Shown in pieces: positions 1 through 9,216 of a stretch of 64,000 nucleotides of DNA. Below the pieces are notes generated by a model. The model made no database searches. It saw only the letters and a list, made by a program, of their open reading frames with translations, and was not told the origin of the DNA. The translations under genes and the position numbers were made by a program. Positions within the stretch are counted from its first letter, which is position 1; every line of letters starts with the position of its first letter. This DNA comes from Roseomonas sp. (GTDB lineage Bacteria > Pseudomonadota > Alphaproteobacteria > Acetobacterales > Acetobacteraceae): NCBI GenBank assembly GCA_028288745.1, contig JAQGHX010000108.1:9564-73563 (forward strand), written 5' to 3'.

Positions 1-150
1 ACCCCGATGGTGAACGAGGCCGTGCGCGACGACCCCAACGTCTACCCGACGCCCGAGATGCTGGCCCGCACCTTCGCCGTCACCGCCCTGTCCGCCACGG
101 CCGAGCGCGCGCGCAGCCGCAGTTGGAACCGCTTCAAGGCCGGGCGCTGA
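1..150 (+). CDS. potF: Polyamine ABC transporter substrate-binding protein, C-terminal fragment (PotF-like), truncated by window edge
   Basis: Frame 1 reads TPMVNEAVRDDPNVYPTPEMLARTF...ERARSRSWNRFKAGR*, typical PotF C-terminus; lies directly before potGHI-like genes. Confidence 0.8.
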   Translation, partial: TPMVNEAVRDDPNVYPTPEMLARTFAVTALSATAERARSRSWNRFKAGR

Positions 151-151
151 A

Positions 152-1225
152 TTGGCGCTGCTGGCCATCGCGGGGCTGACCAAGCGCTTCGGCGCTGTCC
201 CCGCCGTGCTGGACCTGGACCTCGACGTGGCGCCGGGGGAGTTCCTGGCGCTGCTCGGCGGTTCCGGCTCCGGCAAGTCCACCCTGCTGCGGCTGATCGC
301 CGGGTTCGAGACGCCCGATGAAGGCCGCATCCTGCTGGAGGGCGGCGACCTCACCGCGCTGCCGCCGCACCGGCGGCCACTGAACATGATGTTCCAGTCC
401 TACGCGCTGTTCCCGCATCTGTCGGTGTGGGACAACATCGCTTATGGCCTGAAGCGAGATGGCGTCCCGCGCACCAAGCGCGATGCGCGTGTCGCCGAGA
501 TCCTGGCCATGGTCGGGCTGGACGGTTTCGGCACCCGCATGCCGGACCGGCTCTCTGGCGGCCAGCGGCAGCGGGTGGCGCTGGCCCGTGCGCTGGTCAA
601 GCGCCCCCGGCTGCTGCTGCTGGACGAGCCCCTGGGCGCGCTGGACGCCAACCTGCGCGAGCGCACCGGCTTCGAGCTGCGCGCCCTGCAACGCTGCACC
701 GGCGCCAGCTTCATCATGGTGACGCATGACCAGCAGGAAGCGCTGGCACTCGCCGACCGCGTGGCGGTGCTGGAACAGGGACGGCTGGTGCAGCTTGGCT
801 CGCCCCGCGCGGTGTATGAGCGCCCGGCCACGCGCTTTGTCGCGGGCTTCCTGGGCGCCGCCAATGTGCTGGATGGCGTGCCGGATGGGACAGGGGGGCT
901 GGACTGCCCCGGCCTCGCCACCACGCTGCGCGCGGCCTCGCCCCTGCCGCCCGGCACCACCGCCTGCGCCCTGCGGCCGGAGCGCATTGCGGCCCGCGCC
1001 CCCGGCCCCAATTCCGGCCCCGGCACCGCCCTCGGCCCCAATACCGCCAGCGGCGTGGTCGAGGACGTGGCCTTCCGCGGCGGTAACAGCCTGCTTCTGG
1101 TGCGCGCGCCCGGCGGTACCCTGCTGCGCGTCGGCCATGCCGAGGAGGATGGCCCGCCCCCGCCGCCCGGCACCCTGCTGCAACTCGCCTGGGAGGACGC
1201 GGCCATCGTGCCGCTGTCGGGCTGA
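152..1225 (+). CDS. potG: Polyamine ABC transporter ATP-binding protein (PotA/PotG family)
   Basis: Walker A GGSGSGKS, MMFQSYALFPH, LSGGQ, LLLDEP, C-terminal TOBE-like region; TTG start. Confidence 0.85.
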   Translation: MALLAIAGLTKRFGAVPAVLDLDLDVAPGEFLALLGGSGSGKSTLLRLIAGFETPDEGRILLEGGDLTALPPHRRPLNMMFQSYALFPHLSVWDNIAYGLKRDGVPRTKRDARVAEILAMVGLDGFGTRMPDRLSGGQRQRVALARALVKRPRLLLLDEPLGALDANLRERTGFELRALQRCTGASFIMVTHDQQEALALADRVAVLEQGRLVQLGSPRAVYERPATRFVAGFLGAANVLDGVPDGTGGLDCPGLATTLRAASPLPPGTTACALRPERIAARAPGPNSGPGTALGPNTASGVVEDVAFRGGNSLLLVRAPGGTLLRVGHAEEDGPPPPPGTLLQLAWEDAAIVPLSG

Positions 1226-1226
1226 G

Positions 1227-2081
1227 ATGCGCCGCCTTCCGCTCCTGTTGCCGGCCTTGTGGCTGGCGGTTTTCGTCGCCGCGCCGCTGCTGGTGGTGCT
1301 CGCGCTTTCCGTCGCGCGGCCCGATGCCGGCGTGCCGCCCTTCGCTCTCCCCTTCGGCTGGAATGGCGGCCCGGTCTGGCGGCCGAACTGGGAGCCGTTC
1401 TCGCTGCTCGTCGCCGACGGCTACTATCTCTCCGCCTTTCTGCAATCGGCCTGGGTGGCCGGCGCCACGGCCGGGCTCTGCCTGCTGCTGGGCTTTCCCA
1501 TGGCGCTCGGCATCTCGCGCGCGGCGCCGCGCTGGCGGGGGCCGCTGCTGATGGCGGTGCTGCTGCCATTCTGGACCGGCTTCCTGCCGCGCATCGGCGC
1601 CTGGACCGGCATCCTGCGGGACGAGGGCTGGGTCAACGGTCTCCTGCGCGGGCTCGGCTGGGCCGATGCGCCGCTGCCGCTGCTCTATTCCAACACCGCG
1701 TTGTTCCTGGGCATGGTGCATGCGTACCTGCCCTTCGCGGTGCTGCCGCTCTATGCCAGCCTCTCCCGCCTGGACCTGACGCTGGAGGACGCGGCCGCCG
1801 ATCTCGGCGCGACGCCAGCCGTGGTGTTCCGCACCGTCACCCTGCCGCTGGCGGCGCCGGGTGCCCTGGCCGCCTTCCTGCTGGTCTTCATCCCGGCCGC
1901 CGGCGAATACGTCATCCCGGAGCTGCTCGGCCCGCCCGAGGCCCTGCTGGTCGGCCGCGTGCTCTGGCAGGAATTCTTCCAGAACCGCGATTGGCCAGTG
2001 GCGGCGGCACTGGCCGTGGCCTTGCTGGCGCTGCTGATCCTGCCCATCCGCCTGTTTCAGCGCCTGGAATCCCGGCGGTGA
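1227..2081 (+). CDS. potH: Polyamine ABC transporter permease (PotB/PotH)
   Basis: Hydrophobic protein starting MRRLPLLLP; LPFWT, EAA-like LEDAAADLGA, FIPAAGEYVIPELLG, NRDWPVAAA. Confidence 0.85.
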   Translation: MRRLPLLLPALWLAVFVAAPLLVVLALSVARPDAGVPPFALPFGWNGGPVWRPNWEPFSLLVADGYYLSAFLQSAWVAGATAGLCLLLGFPMALGISRAAPRWRGPLLMAVLLPFWTGFLPRIGAWTGILRDEGWVNGLLRGLGWADAPLPLLYSNTALFLGMVHAYLPFAVLPLYASLSRLDLTLEDAAADLGATPAVVFRTVTLPLAAPGALAAFLLVFIPAAGEYVIPELLGPPEALLVGRVLWQEFFQNRDWPVAAALAVALLALLILPIRLFQRLESRR

Positions 2082-2857
2082 GGCGCCTTGGCCTGTGGCT
2101 CGGCCTCGGCTTCCTCTGGCTGCCGGTGCTGCTGCTGGCGGGGTATGCCTTTAGCGACAGCCGCCTGCCGTTCCAGTGGGGCGGCTTCTCCTTCCGCTGG
2201 TTCATCACCCTGGCACGCAACGAACGCCTGCTGGAGGCCGCCTGGCTCTCGCTGCGGGTGGCGGCGGGGGCGGCGACGCTCGGCATGCTGCTGGGTGGCG
2301 CCACCGGGTGGGTGCTGGCGCGGCGCGGGCCCTTCGCCGGCCGCGCGCTGTTCGGGGCCCTCGCCGGCGTGCCCCTGGTCCTGCCGGAGGTCGTGACGGG
2401 GCTTTCCCTGCTGCTGTTCTTCGTGCTGCTGGAGGGCTGGACCGGCTGGCCGGCCGAGCGTGGCGCCACCACCATCGTGCTGGCCCATGCCACCATGGGC
2501 GCGGCTTATGTCGCCGTGGTGGTACAGGCCCGGCTGGCTGGCATGGAACCTGACCTGGAGGACGCCGCCCGCGACCTCGGCGCCACGCCGGCCGTGGCCT
2601 TCCGCACCATCACCCTGCCGCTGATGGCGCCGAGCCTGCTGGCCGGCTGGCTGCTGGCCTTCACCCTGTCGCTGGACGACGTGGTGGTGGCCAGCTTCGT
2701 CTCGGGCCCCGCCGGCACCACGCTGCCAATGGTGGTGTTTTCCATGCTGCGGCTGGGCCTGACGCCGGAGGTCAATGCGCTGGCCGTCGTGATCCTGGCG
2801 GTTGCTTTCCTCTGCGTGGGGGGCGCGCTTCTTGTGCTGCGCCGCCGCCTGGCTTAA
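2078..2857 (+). CDS. potI: Polyamine ABC transporter permease (PotC/PotI)
   Basis: GTG start overlapping upstream stop; PEVVTGLSLLL, LEDAARDLGA, FTLSLDDVVVASF, PEVNALA. Confidence 0.85.
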   Translation: MRRLGLWLGLGFLWLPVLLLAGYAFSDSRLPFQWGGFSFRWFITLARNERLLEAAWLSLRVAAGAATLGMLLGGATGWVLARRGPFAGRALFGALAGVPLVLPEVVTGLSLLLFFVLLEGWTGWPAERGATTIVLAHATMGAAYVAVVVQARLAGMEPDLEDAARDLGATPAVAFRTITLPLMAPSLLAGWLLAFTLSLDDVVVASFVSGPAGTTLPMVVFSMLRLGLTPEVNALAVVILAVAFLCVGGALLVLRRRLA

Positions 2858-2918
2858 CCGAAGCTTTACGGGAATGTGAGGCCGGCGCGACACGAAGGTC
2901 GTGATAGGCAGAGCCAGG

Positions 2919-3455
2919 ATGACAAGGAAGCGGTACCCCATCGTGAAAGCGGCCCCCCTGCTGCTCTGCGCCGCCCTGCTTCTGAGCGGGTGCCAATCCT
3001 TGTTGCGGGAGGGCACGGCGGATGCGGCCGGCATCGGCGGCGCGGCGCTCTCCACCGCCGTCACGGATAACGGGGCGGTGGCGGCGGGTATCGGCCTTGG
3101 TGTCCGCTCCGTCGCGCAGGCAGGGCTGCAATACGCGGAACGCCGCGCGCAGAGGGCGGAACAGGACATCATCGCCAAGGCCGCCGGCCCGCTGCCGGTG
3201 GGCGCCGTCACGCCCTGGGGCATCCGGCAGAACGTGCCGATCACGCCCAGCCATCGTGGCATGGTGACAGTGGTGCGCGACATGGGTGCCAAGGGGCTGG
3301 AATGCCGCGAGATCGTCTTCTCCGTGGACCGTGACGCCCGGGAGAAGGAAGTGCCTGACCGCGCCTTCTACACCGCCGCCATCTGCCGCAACGGCCAGGT
3401 CTGGAAATGGGCCAGCGCCGAGCCGGCCACGGAGCGGTGGGGAGCCCTGCAGTGA
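2919..3455 (+). CDS. Putative lipoprotein with glycine-zipper-like segment and 17-kDa-surface-antigen-like C-terminal domain (paralog 1)
   Basis: Lipobox LLSGC; Gly/Ala-rich segment; CRE...C pair; ends WKWASAEPATERWGALQ. Confidence 0.65.
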   Translation: MTRKRYPIVKAAPLLLCAALLLSGCQSLLREGTADAAGIGGAALSTAVTDNGAVAAGIGLGVRSVAQAGLQYAERRAQRAEQDIIAKAAGPLPVGAVTPWGIRQNVPITPSHRGMVTVVRDMGAKGLECREIVFSVDRDAREKEVPDRAFYTAAICRNGQVWKWASAEPATERWGALQ

Positions 3456-3943
3456 CGCGCCCGGGCCGGCGCGCCCTGCCGCTGCTGGTCCTGCTAGGCC
3501 TGGGTGCCTGCAACTCGGTGGGTGGCATCGTCGGCGGCGTGACCGGCGCGACGGCGGGCGTGGCCACCGCGAACCCCGCCGTCGGCTACGCTGTGGGTAT
3601 CGGGGTCAAGGCGGCGGTGGATGCCACCGTCCACTACGTCATGCGGGAACTGAAGCAGGGCGAGCAGGACGCGATCGCCGCCGCCGCGGGCGGCATGGCC
3701 GTGGGCGAGACGGCCGACTGGGTCATCGCGCACAACCTGCCCTTTGGCTACGAGGACGCGAAGGGCACGGTGCAGGTCACGCGGGCGATCGATTCACCCC
3801 TGGCGCAGTGCCGCGAGGTCCTGATCACGGTAGCCGAGGACAAGGCCAGCCAGTACATCATCGCCACCACCTGCCGGCAGGCTTCCGGCTGGAAATGGGC
3901 CAGTGCCGAGCCGGCGGTGGAACGCTGGGGCGCCTTGCAGTAA
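3452..3943 (+). CDS. Putative lipoprotein (paralog 2)
   Basis: GTG overlapping upstream TGA; lipobox LGAC; glycine zipper GGIVGGVTGATAG; CRE...C; ends WKWASAEPAVERWGALQ. Confidence 0.65.
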   Translation: MTRPGRRALPLLVLLGLGACNSVGGIVGGVTGATAGVATANPAVGYAVGIGVKAAVDATVHYVMRELKQGEQDAIAAAAGGMAVGETADWVIAHNLPFGYEDAKGTVQVTRAIDSPLAQCREVLITVAEDKASQYIIATTCRQASGWKWASAEPAVERWGALQ

Positions 3944-3975
3944 GGCACAGCGGCGCCGAGGGGGCCGGCCCGGTA

Positions 3976-5739
3976 TCAGGCCCGCAGCAGCGGCGAACGG
4001 TCCGGGTCGGGGTCCGGCATCGCCGCCAGCAGCATCTTCGCGTAGTCGCTCCGGGGGTTGGTGAAGACGGCTTCAGTCTCGCCCTGCTCCACCAGCTTGC
4101 CGCGATGGATCAAGGCCACGCGGTCGCAGATGTAGCGGATGACGCCCAAATCGTGGCTGATAAAGAAATAGGTCAGCCCCAGCCTTGATTGCAGGTCGTG
4201 CAGCAGGTTCAGCACCTGCGCCTGCACGGAGACATCCAGCGCCGAAGTGGGCTCGTCCAGGATGAGGAAATCCGGCTTCGGCGCCAGGGCGCGCGCGATA
4301 CCGATGCGCTGCCGCTGCCCACCGGAGAATTCATGCGGGAAGCGGTTCAGGTGCTGCGGGCCGAGCCCCACCTGTTCCAGCAGTTCCGCCGCGCGGTCGG
4401 TCCGCTGGCGCGGCGTGAGGCCGATCTTGCCGTGGTGGATGTCCAGCGGCTCCGCGATAATGTCGCGGATGGTCATGCGCGGGTTCAGCGACGCATAGGG
4501 GTCCTGGAACACGATCTGGATACGCGAGCGCAACGCCTGCATCTCGCGCGCGGAATGGCTGGTCAGGTCGATGCCGTCGAAGACGATGCGCCCGGCGCTG
4601 ATCTTTTCCAGTTGCAGGATGCAGCGGGTGAGGGTGGTCTTGCCCGAACCCGATTCGCCGACAAGGCCGAAGCTCTCGCCCCGGCGGATGGACAGGCTGA
4701 CATCCTGCAAGGCCACCACCGGCGCCTCGCGGCCGAACAGGCCCCGCCGCGCACCGGCGAAGTGCTTTTCCACATTCTCGACGGACAGCACGACCGGCCC
4801 GGGCTCGGCGCGCGGCGGTGGCGGGGCCAGGGGCTCGGCCGCCAGGGCACCGCCGGCCAGGCCGCGCAACTCGCCCCGCTTCATGCTGGGCGTGGGGACC
4901 GAGGCCAGCAGGCCACGGGTATAATCGTGCCGCGGGTTTTTCAGCACCTCCCGCACCGTGCCGGATTCCACGATGGCACCGGCATACATCACCGCCACAT
5001 GCGTGCAGAGCTGCGCCACGACGCCCAGGTTATGCGTGATGAACAGCACGCCGAGATTGTGCTCCCCCACCAGCCCATGGATCAGCCGCAGGATCTGCGC
5101 CTGCACGGAAACATCCAGCGCCGTCGTCGGCTCATCCGCCACCAGCAGGTCGGGCCGGCCGATCAGCGCCATCGCGATCAGCACGCGCTGCTTCATGCCG
5201 CCGGAGAACTGGTGCGGGTAATCCCGCAGCCGGGCGGCGGCATTCGGGATGCCGACCTTCTCCAGCATGGCGACCGCGTGCTTCTCGGCGGCCTTGCGGC
5301 GGGCGCGCCGCGACGCCCCGGCCTCCAGGCCCAGCAGGGAAGGCTCCAGCCGCGCCGCGTGCAGCGCCACGTCCACCAGCTGGGTGCCGATGCGGAAGGC
5401 GGGATTCAGGTTGGTGGTCGGGTCCTGGAAGATCATGCCGATGCGCCGGCCCCGCAGGGTCCGCATCGTCTCTTCCGTCTGCGCCAGCATGTCGCGGCCC
5501 TGGAAGCGCACCGCGCCGCGCAGGTAGCGGCCGGGCGGCGTCGGCACCAGGCGGGAGACGGACAGGCCGGTCAGCGACTTGCCCGACCCCGTCTCGCCCA
5601 CGATGCCCCAGATCTCGCCGCGCCTGACCGAGAAGGTGACGCCGTTGAGCACCTGGATCTCACCCTCGAAGCTGCGCATCGTGAGGTTGAGATCGTCGAT
5701 CTCCAGCAGGATCTCGTCATTGGTCAACGGAGCGGGCAT
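3976..5739 (-). CDS. Peptide/nickel-type ABC transporter ATP-binding protein with two fused ABC domains (DppD+DppF-like)
   Basis: Two Walker A motifs (GETGSGKS, GESGSGKT), YPHQFSGG and FPHEFSGGQ, DEPTTALD/DEPTSALD; start MPAPLTNDE. Confidence 0.9.
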   Translation of the reverse strand: MPAPLTNDEILLEIDDLNLTMRSFEGEIQVLNGVTFSVRRGEIWGIVGETGSGKSLTGLSVSRLVPTPPGRYLRGAVRFQGRDMLAQTEETMRTLRGRRIGMIFQDPTTNLNPAFRIGTQLVDVALHAARLEPSLLGLEAGASRRARRKAAEKHAVAMLEKVGIPNAAARLRDYPHQFSGGMKQRVLIAMALIGRPDLLVADEPTTALDVSVQAQILRLIHGLVGEHNLGVLFITHNLGVVAQLCTHVAVMYAGAIVESGTVREVLKNPRHDYTRGLLASVPTPSMKRGELRGLAGGALAAEPLAPPPPRAEPGPVVLSVENVEKHFAGARRGLFGREAPVVALQDVSLSIRRGESFGLVGESGSGKTTLTRCILQLEKISAGRIVFDGIDLTSHSAREMQALRSRIQIVFQDPYASLNPRMTIRDIIAEPLDIHHGKIGLTPRQRTDRAAELLEQVGLGPQHLNRFPHEFSGGQRQRIGIARALAPKPDFLILDEPTSALDVSVQAQVLNLLHDLQSRLGLTYFFISHDLGVIRYICDRVALIHRGKLVEQGETEAVFTNPRSDYAKMLLAAMPDPDPDRSPLLRA

Positions 5740-6614
5740 CAGCGACGGGCCTTTGGGTCGAGCAGGTCGCGCAGGCCATCGCCCAGCAGGTTGAAGCCGA
5801 ACACGGCGAGGAAGATGGCGAGGCCCGGGAAGATGGCCGTCCACCAGTAGTCCGGCATGTTGGTGCGGGCGACGGAAAGCAGGGAGCCCCATTCCGGCGT
5901 CGGCGGCTTCACACCGATGCCGATGAAGCCGAGGGACGCCACGGTCAGGATGGCGAAGCCCATGTCCAGCGACATCTTCACGATGATCGGCGAGAGAATA
6001 TTGGGCAGGATGTGTCGCCACAGCAGCCGCGCGTTGCCGGCCCCCATGGCGCGGGCGGCGACGACGAAGGTCTCCTCCCGCTTGGCCATCACCTCGCCGC
6101 GCACCAGGCGGGCGTATCCGGGCCACCAGGACAGGGCGATTGCGAAGATCATGTTGCCGATGCCGGGGCCCAGCGCCGCCGCGACGGCCATGGCCAGGAT
6201 CAGCCCCGGCACGGTCAGCTTGAGATCGGCGATGCGCATCAGCGCCTCGTCCAGCCAGCCGCCGAAGAAGCCCGCGATGGCGCCGACGAAGACGCCAAAG
6301 GCGGCACCCGCCACCACCACCGCGACGCCCGCCAGCATAGAGATGCGGCTGCCGGCGATGACCAGCGAGAGCACGTCCTGCCCCAGTTCGTTGGTGCCGA
6401 ACCAGTAGGTGGCGGAGGGCGCGAGCAGCCGTGCCTTGGTATCCACCATGCCGGCCACATGCTGCGGGTAGGGTGCCAGGGCATCGCCACCCACCGCCAG
6501 CACCAGCAGCACCATGACGATGACGAGGCCAAGCACGGAAACCCAGCTCTGGCGGAAACGATAGAGGCCGCGCCGCCAGGATTCGAGGCGCGGGTGCGCG
6601 GTGGTGCCGCTCAC
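5739..6614 (-). CDS. Peptide ABC transporter permease (DppC-like)
   Basis: FGTNELGQD, WWPGYARLVRG, HILPN, PPTPEWG, FNLLGDGLRD; GTG start. Confidence 0.9.
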   Translation of the reverse strand: MSGTTAHPRLESWRRGLYRFRQSWVSVLGLVIVMVLLVLAVGGDALAPYPQHVAGMVDTKARLLAPSATYWFGTNELGQDVLSLVIAGSRISMLAGVAVVVAGAAFGVFVGAIAGFFGGWLDEALMRIADLKLTVPGLILAMAVAAALGPGIGNMIFAIALSWWPGYARLVRGEVMAKREETFVVAARAMGAGNARLLWRHILPNILSPIIVKMSLDMGFAILTVASLGFIGIGVKPPTPEWGSLLSVARTNMPDYWWTAIFPGLAIFLAVFGFNLLGDGLRDLLDPKARR

Positions 6615-7618
6615 TGGTAGCGCACCTTCGGGTTCAGCAGGCCGTAGAGCATATCCACCACCAGATTGACGGTCACGAAGATGGCGCCGATGCACAGCGT
6701 GACGCCGATGATCGGCATGAAGTCCTGCGTCAGCACGGCCTGGGTGGCGTAGAGGCCGATGCCCGGCCAGTCGAACACCGTCTCCACCAGCACCGTGCCG
6801 CCCAGCAGCCAGCCGACATAAAGGCCGATGACGGTCAGCGTGGAGGAAATGGCGTTCTTCAGCACGTACTTGAACAGGATCAGCCGCTGCGACAGGCCCA
6901 GCGCGCGTTCCGTCAGCACGTAATCCTGTTGCAGCACCTCGATCGTCGAGGAACGCATCATGCGCATGATGGTCGCGAGTGGCGAGAGGCACATGGCGAT
7001 GGCGGGCAGCGCGAGATGCGACAGCGCCACGCCGAAGGCATGGAACTGCCCGGCGGCCAGCGCATCGACCGTCAGCAGGCCGGTGAGAAAGGGGGGCGGG
7101 TCTTCCGTCAGTGGGAAGCGCCCGGAGAGCGGCAGCCAGCCCAGCCACATCGCGAAGAGCAACTGGAAGACCAGCCCCAGGAAGAAGCGCGGCATCGAGA
7201 TGGCGCCGAGCGACACGGCGCGCGAGAGGAAATCCGGCCACTTGTTGCGCCAGACGGCCGCCATCAGCCCGGCGGGAATGCCAATGACGATGGCGAGTCC
7301 CATGGCCGCCAGCACCAGTTCCAGCGTGGCGGGCAGATAGGCCTTCAGGTCTTCCGCGACCGGCCGCCGCGTGAAGATCGAGACGCCCCAATCCCCCCGC
7401 AGCACGCCGGTCAGGTAGTTCCAGTACTGGACCGGCAGCGGCCGGTCCAAGCCGAATTCACGCGCCACCGAGGCCACATCCGCGGCCGTCGCATTCGGCC
7501 CCGCCGCCAGCGTCACCGGGTCGCCCGGCAGCAGCCGGGCGATGGCGAAGACCAGGATGGAAAGCCCCAGCAGCACCGGCACCAGCAGCAGGATGCGACG
7601 CAGGATGTAGCCCAGCAT
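6611..7618 (-). CDS. Peptide ABC transporter permease (DppB-like)
   Basis: LPGDP, GLDRPLPVQY, PATLEL, VETVFDWPGIG, LNPKVR. Confidence 0.9.
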   Translation of the reverse strand: MLGYILRRILLLVPVLLGLSILVFAIARLLPGDPVTLAAGPNATAADVASVAREFGLDRPLPVQYWNYLTGVLRGDWGVSIFTRRPVAEDLKAYLPATLELVLAAMGLAIVIGIPAGLMAAVWRNKWPDFLSRAVSLGAISMPRFFLGLVFQLLFAMWLGWLPLSGRFPLTEDPPPFLTGLLTVDALAAGQFHAFGVALSHLALPAIAMCLSPLATIMRMMRSSTIEVLQQDYVLTERALGLSQRLILFKYVLKNAISSTLTVIGLYVGWLLGGTVLVETVFDWPGIGLYATQAVLTQDFMPIIGVTLCIGAIFVTVNLVVDMLYGLLNPKVRYQ

Positions 7619-7627
7619 GGCGTGGGG

Positions 7628-9190
7628 TCAGCCCAGCGACAGCGGGAAAAGCTCGATGGCGTTGGAGGCCACCGGGGTAAAGACGAAGCCCTTCACGTTG
7701 GTCCGCATCGCCATCTTGCGCTTTTCCAGCACGCCGAAGATGTCCGGGCTGTCGTCCATCACCATCCGCTGGAAGCGCACATACAGGGCGCGGCGCTTCT
7801 CGGGGTCGGTCTCGCCGCGCGCCTGGGTCAGCACCGCGTCGACCTCGGGGTTGGAATAGACCGGGTTCTGCCAGCCGCCGTTGCGGGAGGAGTGATAGCC
7901 TGCGAAGGCCAGATTGTCGGCATCGCCGTAATTGGCCGTCTGGTAGACGCAGAAGAAATCCGCCGTCGTCTCGGGCGAGCGGGCGGAGGACACCATGTCC
8001 GGCCAGATCATCGGCTTGATGTCCAGCTCGATATTCAGCGCGCGCAGGCTGTCCAGCATCACCAGCGCCCAGCGCCGCTGCTGCTCCAGCCCCGAGACAT
8101 GCGCGAGCGTCAGCTTGATGCCGCCGTTCGGCGTGCTGGACTTGGCGAGGTATTCCTTCGCGCGCGCCATGTCGGTCCGGTAGAGCGGCAGGTCGCGGTC
8201 AAAACCGTCGATGCTGTCGGGCAGGGGACCCTTCATCAGCTCGGCATAACCCGCGACGTCCAGCATGCCCTGGTAGTTGAAGGCGCAGGCGATGGCGCGG
8301 CGCAGGTTCGCGTCGGCCAGCGGGCCGTGCCGCGTGTTCATCTTGATCGAGAAGGTGCGGTACTCGGGTTCCAGCACCAGCGTGACGCCGGGGCGGTCCT
8401 TCAGTGCGTCCATGTCTTCGCTGGTCAGGTCCACCGCGATCTGCGCCTCGCCACGCTGCACCATCAGGCGCTGCGTCGCGGTCTCGCGCGTGATCTTCCA
8501 GATGGCGCCGGTCAGGTTGCCGCCGCCCTTCTTCCAGCCATCGGCCACCCGCTCGAACTCGTACAGGTTGCCGGCCTCGGCGCGGCGCAGGCGGAAGGCG
8601 CCGGAGCCCGCGAGGTTCGAACGCAGCCAGTTCTGGCCGTCATCCTCGCCCTTGTTCGCCTCGACCTGCGCCGGGTTGACGATCCAGACCCAGGGCAGCA
8701 CGGAGAGGAAGGGCACGAAGGGGGTGGCCAGCTTCACGCGCACGGTGGTGGCGTCCACCGCCTCGACACTGTTCAGGTCCACCACGCCCGCGATCATCCA
8801 GGCATTGCCGCGGTTCAGGCGCAGCAGGCGGTTGAAGGAATACTTCACCGCCTCCGCCGTCACCGGCGAGCCGTCGTGGAACTTCGCGAGCGGGTCCAGC
8901 TTGAAGATGTACTCGCGGCCGTCATCGGACACCGTCCAGGACTGCGCCAGATGCGGCACCGGCTTCGGTGGGTTGCCCTCGACCCGCACCAGCGAGTCAT
9001 AGGTGTTCCGCAGCGCCATGGCGGCGGAATAGCCGTTCGCCACATGCGGGTCGAAATTCGGGATGTCCTGGTTGCTCGAAATCACCAGGATACGGCGGCC
9101 CTGGGCCCGCACGTCATGCCCCACCGCCAGCCCGGCGAGGACAGCGGCACCGCCCGCCATCGCGCCACGTCGTGTCGTCATCAGCATCAT
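7628..9190 (-). CDS. ABC transporter substrate-binding protein, family 5, probable Tat signal
   Basis: TTRRGAM twin-arginine; FDPH, YDSLV, PHLAQSWTVSDDG, FHDGSPVTAEAVKYSF. Confidence 0.9.
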   Translation of the reverse strand: MMLMTTRRGAMAGGAAVLAGLAVGHDVRAQGRRILVISSNQDIPNFDPHVANGYSAAMALRNTYDSLVRVEGNPPKPVPHLAQSWTVSDDGREYIFKLDPLAKFHDGSPVTAEAVKYSFNRLLRLNRGNAWMIAGVVDLNSVEAVDATTVRVKLATPFVPFLSVLPWVWIVNPAQVEANKGEDDGQNWLRSNLAGSGAFRLRRAEAGNLYEFERVADGWKKGGGNLTGAIWKITRETATQRLMVQRGEAQIAVDLTSEDMDALKDRPGVTLVLEPEYRTFSIKMNTRHGPLADANLRRAIACAFNYQGMLDVAGYAELMKGPLPDSIDGFDRDLPLYRTDMARAKEYLAKSSTPNGGIKLTLAHVSGLEQQRRWALVMLDSLRALNIELDIKPMIWPDMVSSARSPETTADFFCVYQTANYGDADNLAFAGYHSSRNGGWQNPVYSNPEVDAVLTQARGETDPEKRRALYVRFQRMVMDDSPDIFGVLEKRKMAMRTNVKGFVFTPVASNAIELFPLSLG

Positions 9191-9216
9191 GCTCTCTCCG
9201 TCTGTGCTTCGGGTGC

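Noticed and set aside
1001-1048. Short direct repeat CGGCCCCAAT in potG (PGPNSG/LGPNTA)
   Set aside because: Small in-frame duplication in a variable loop; not an array.
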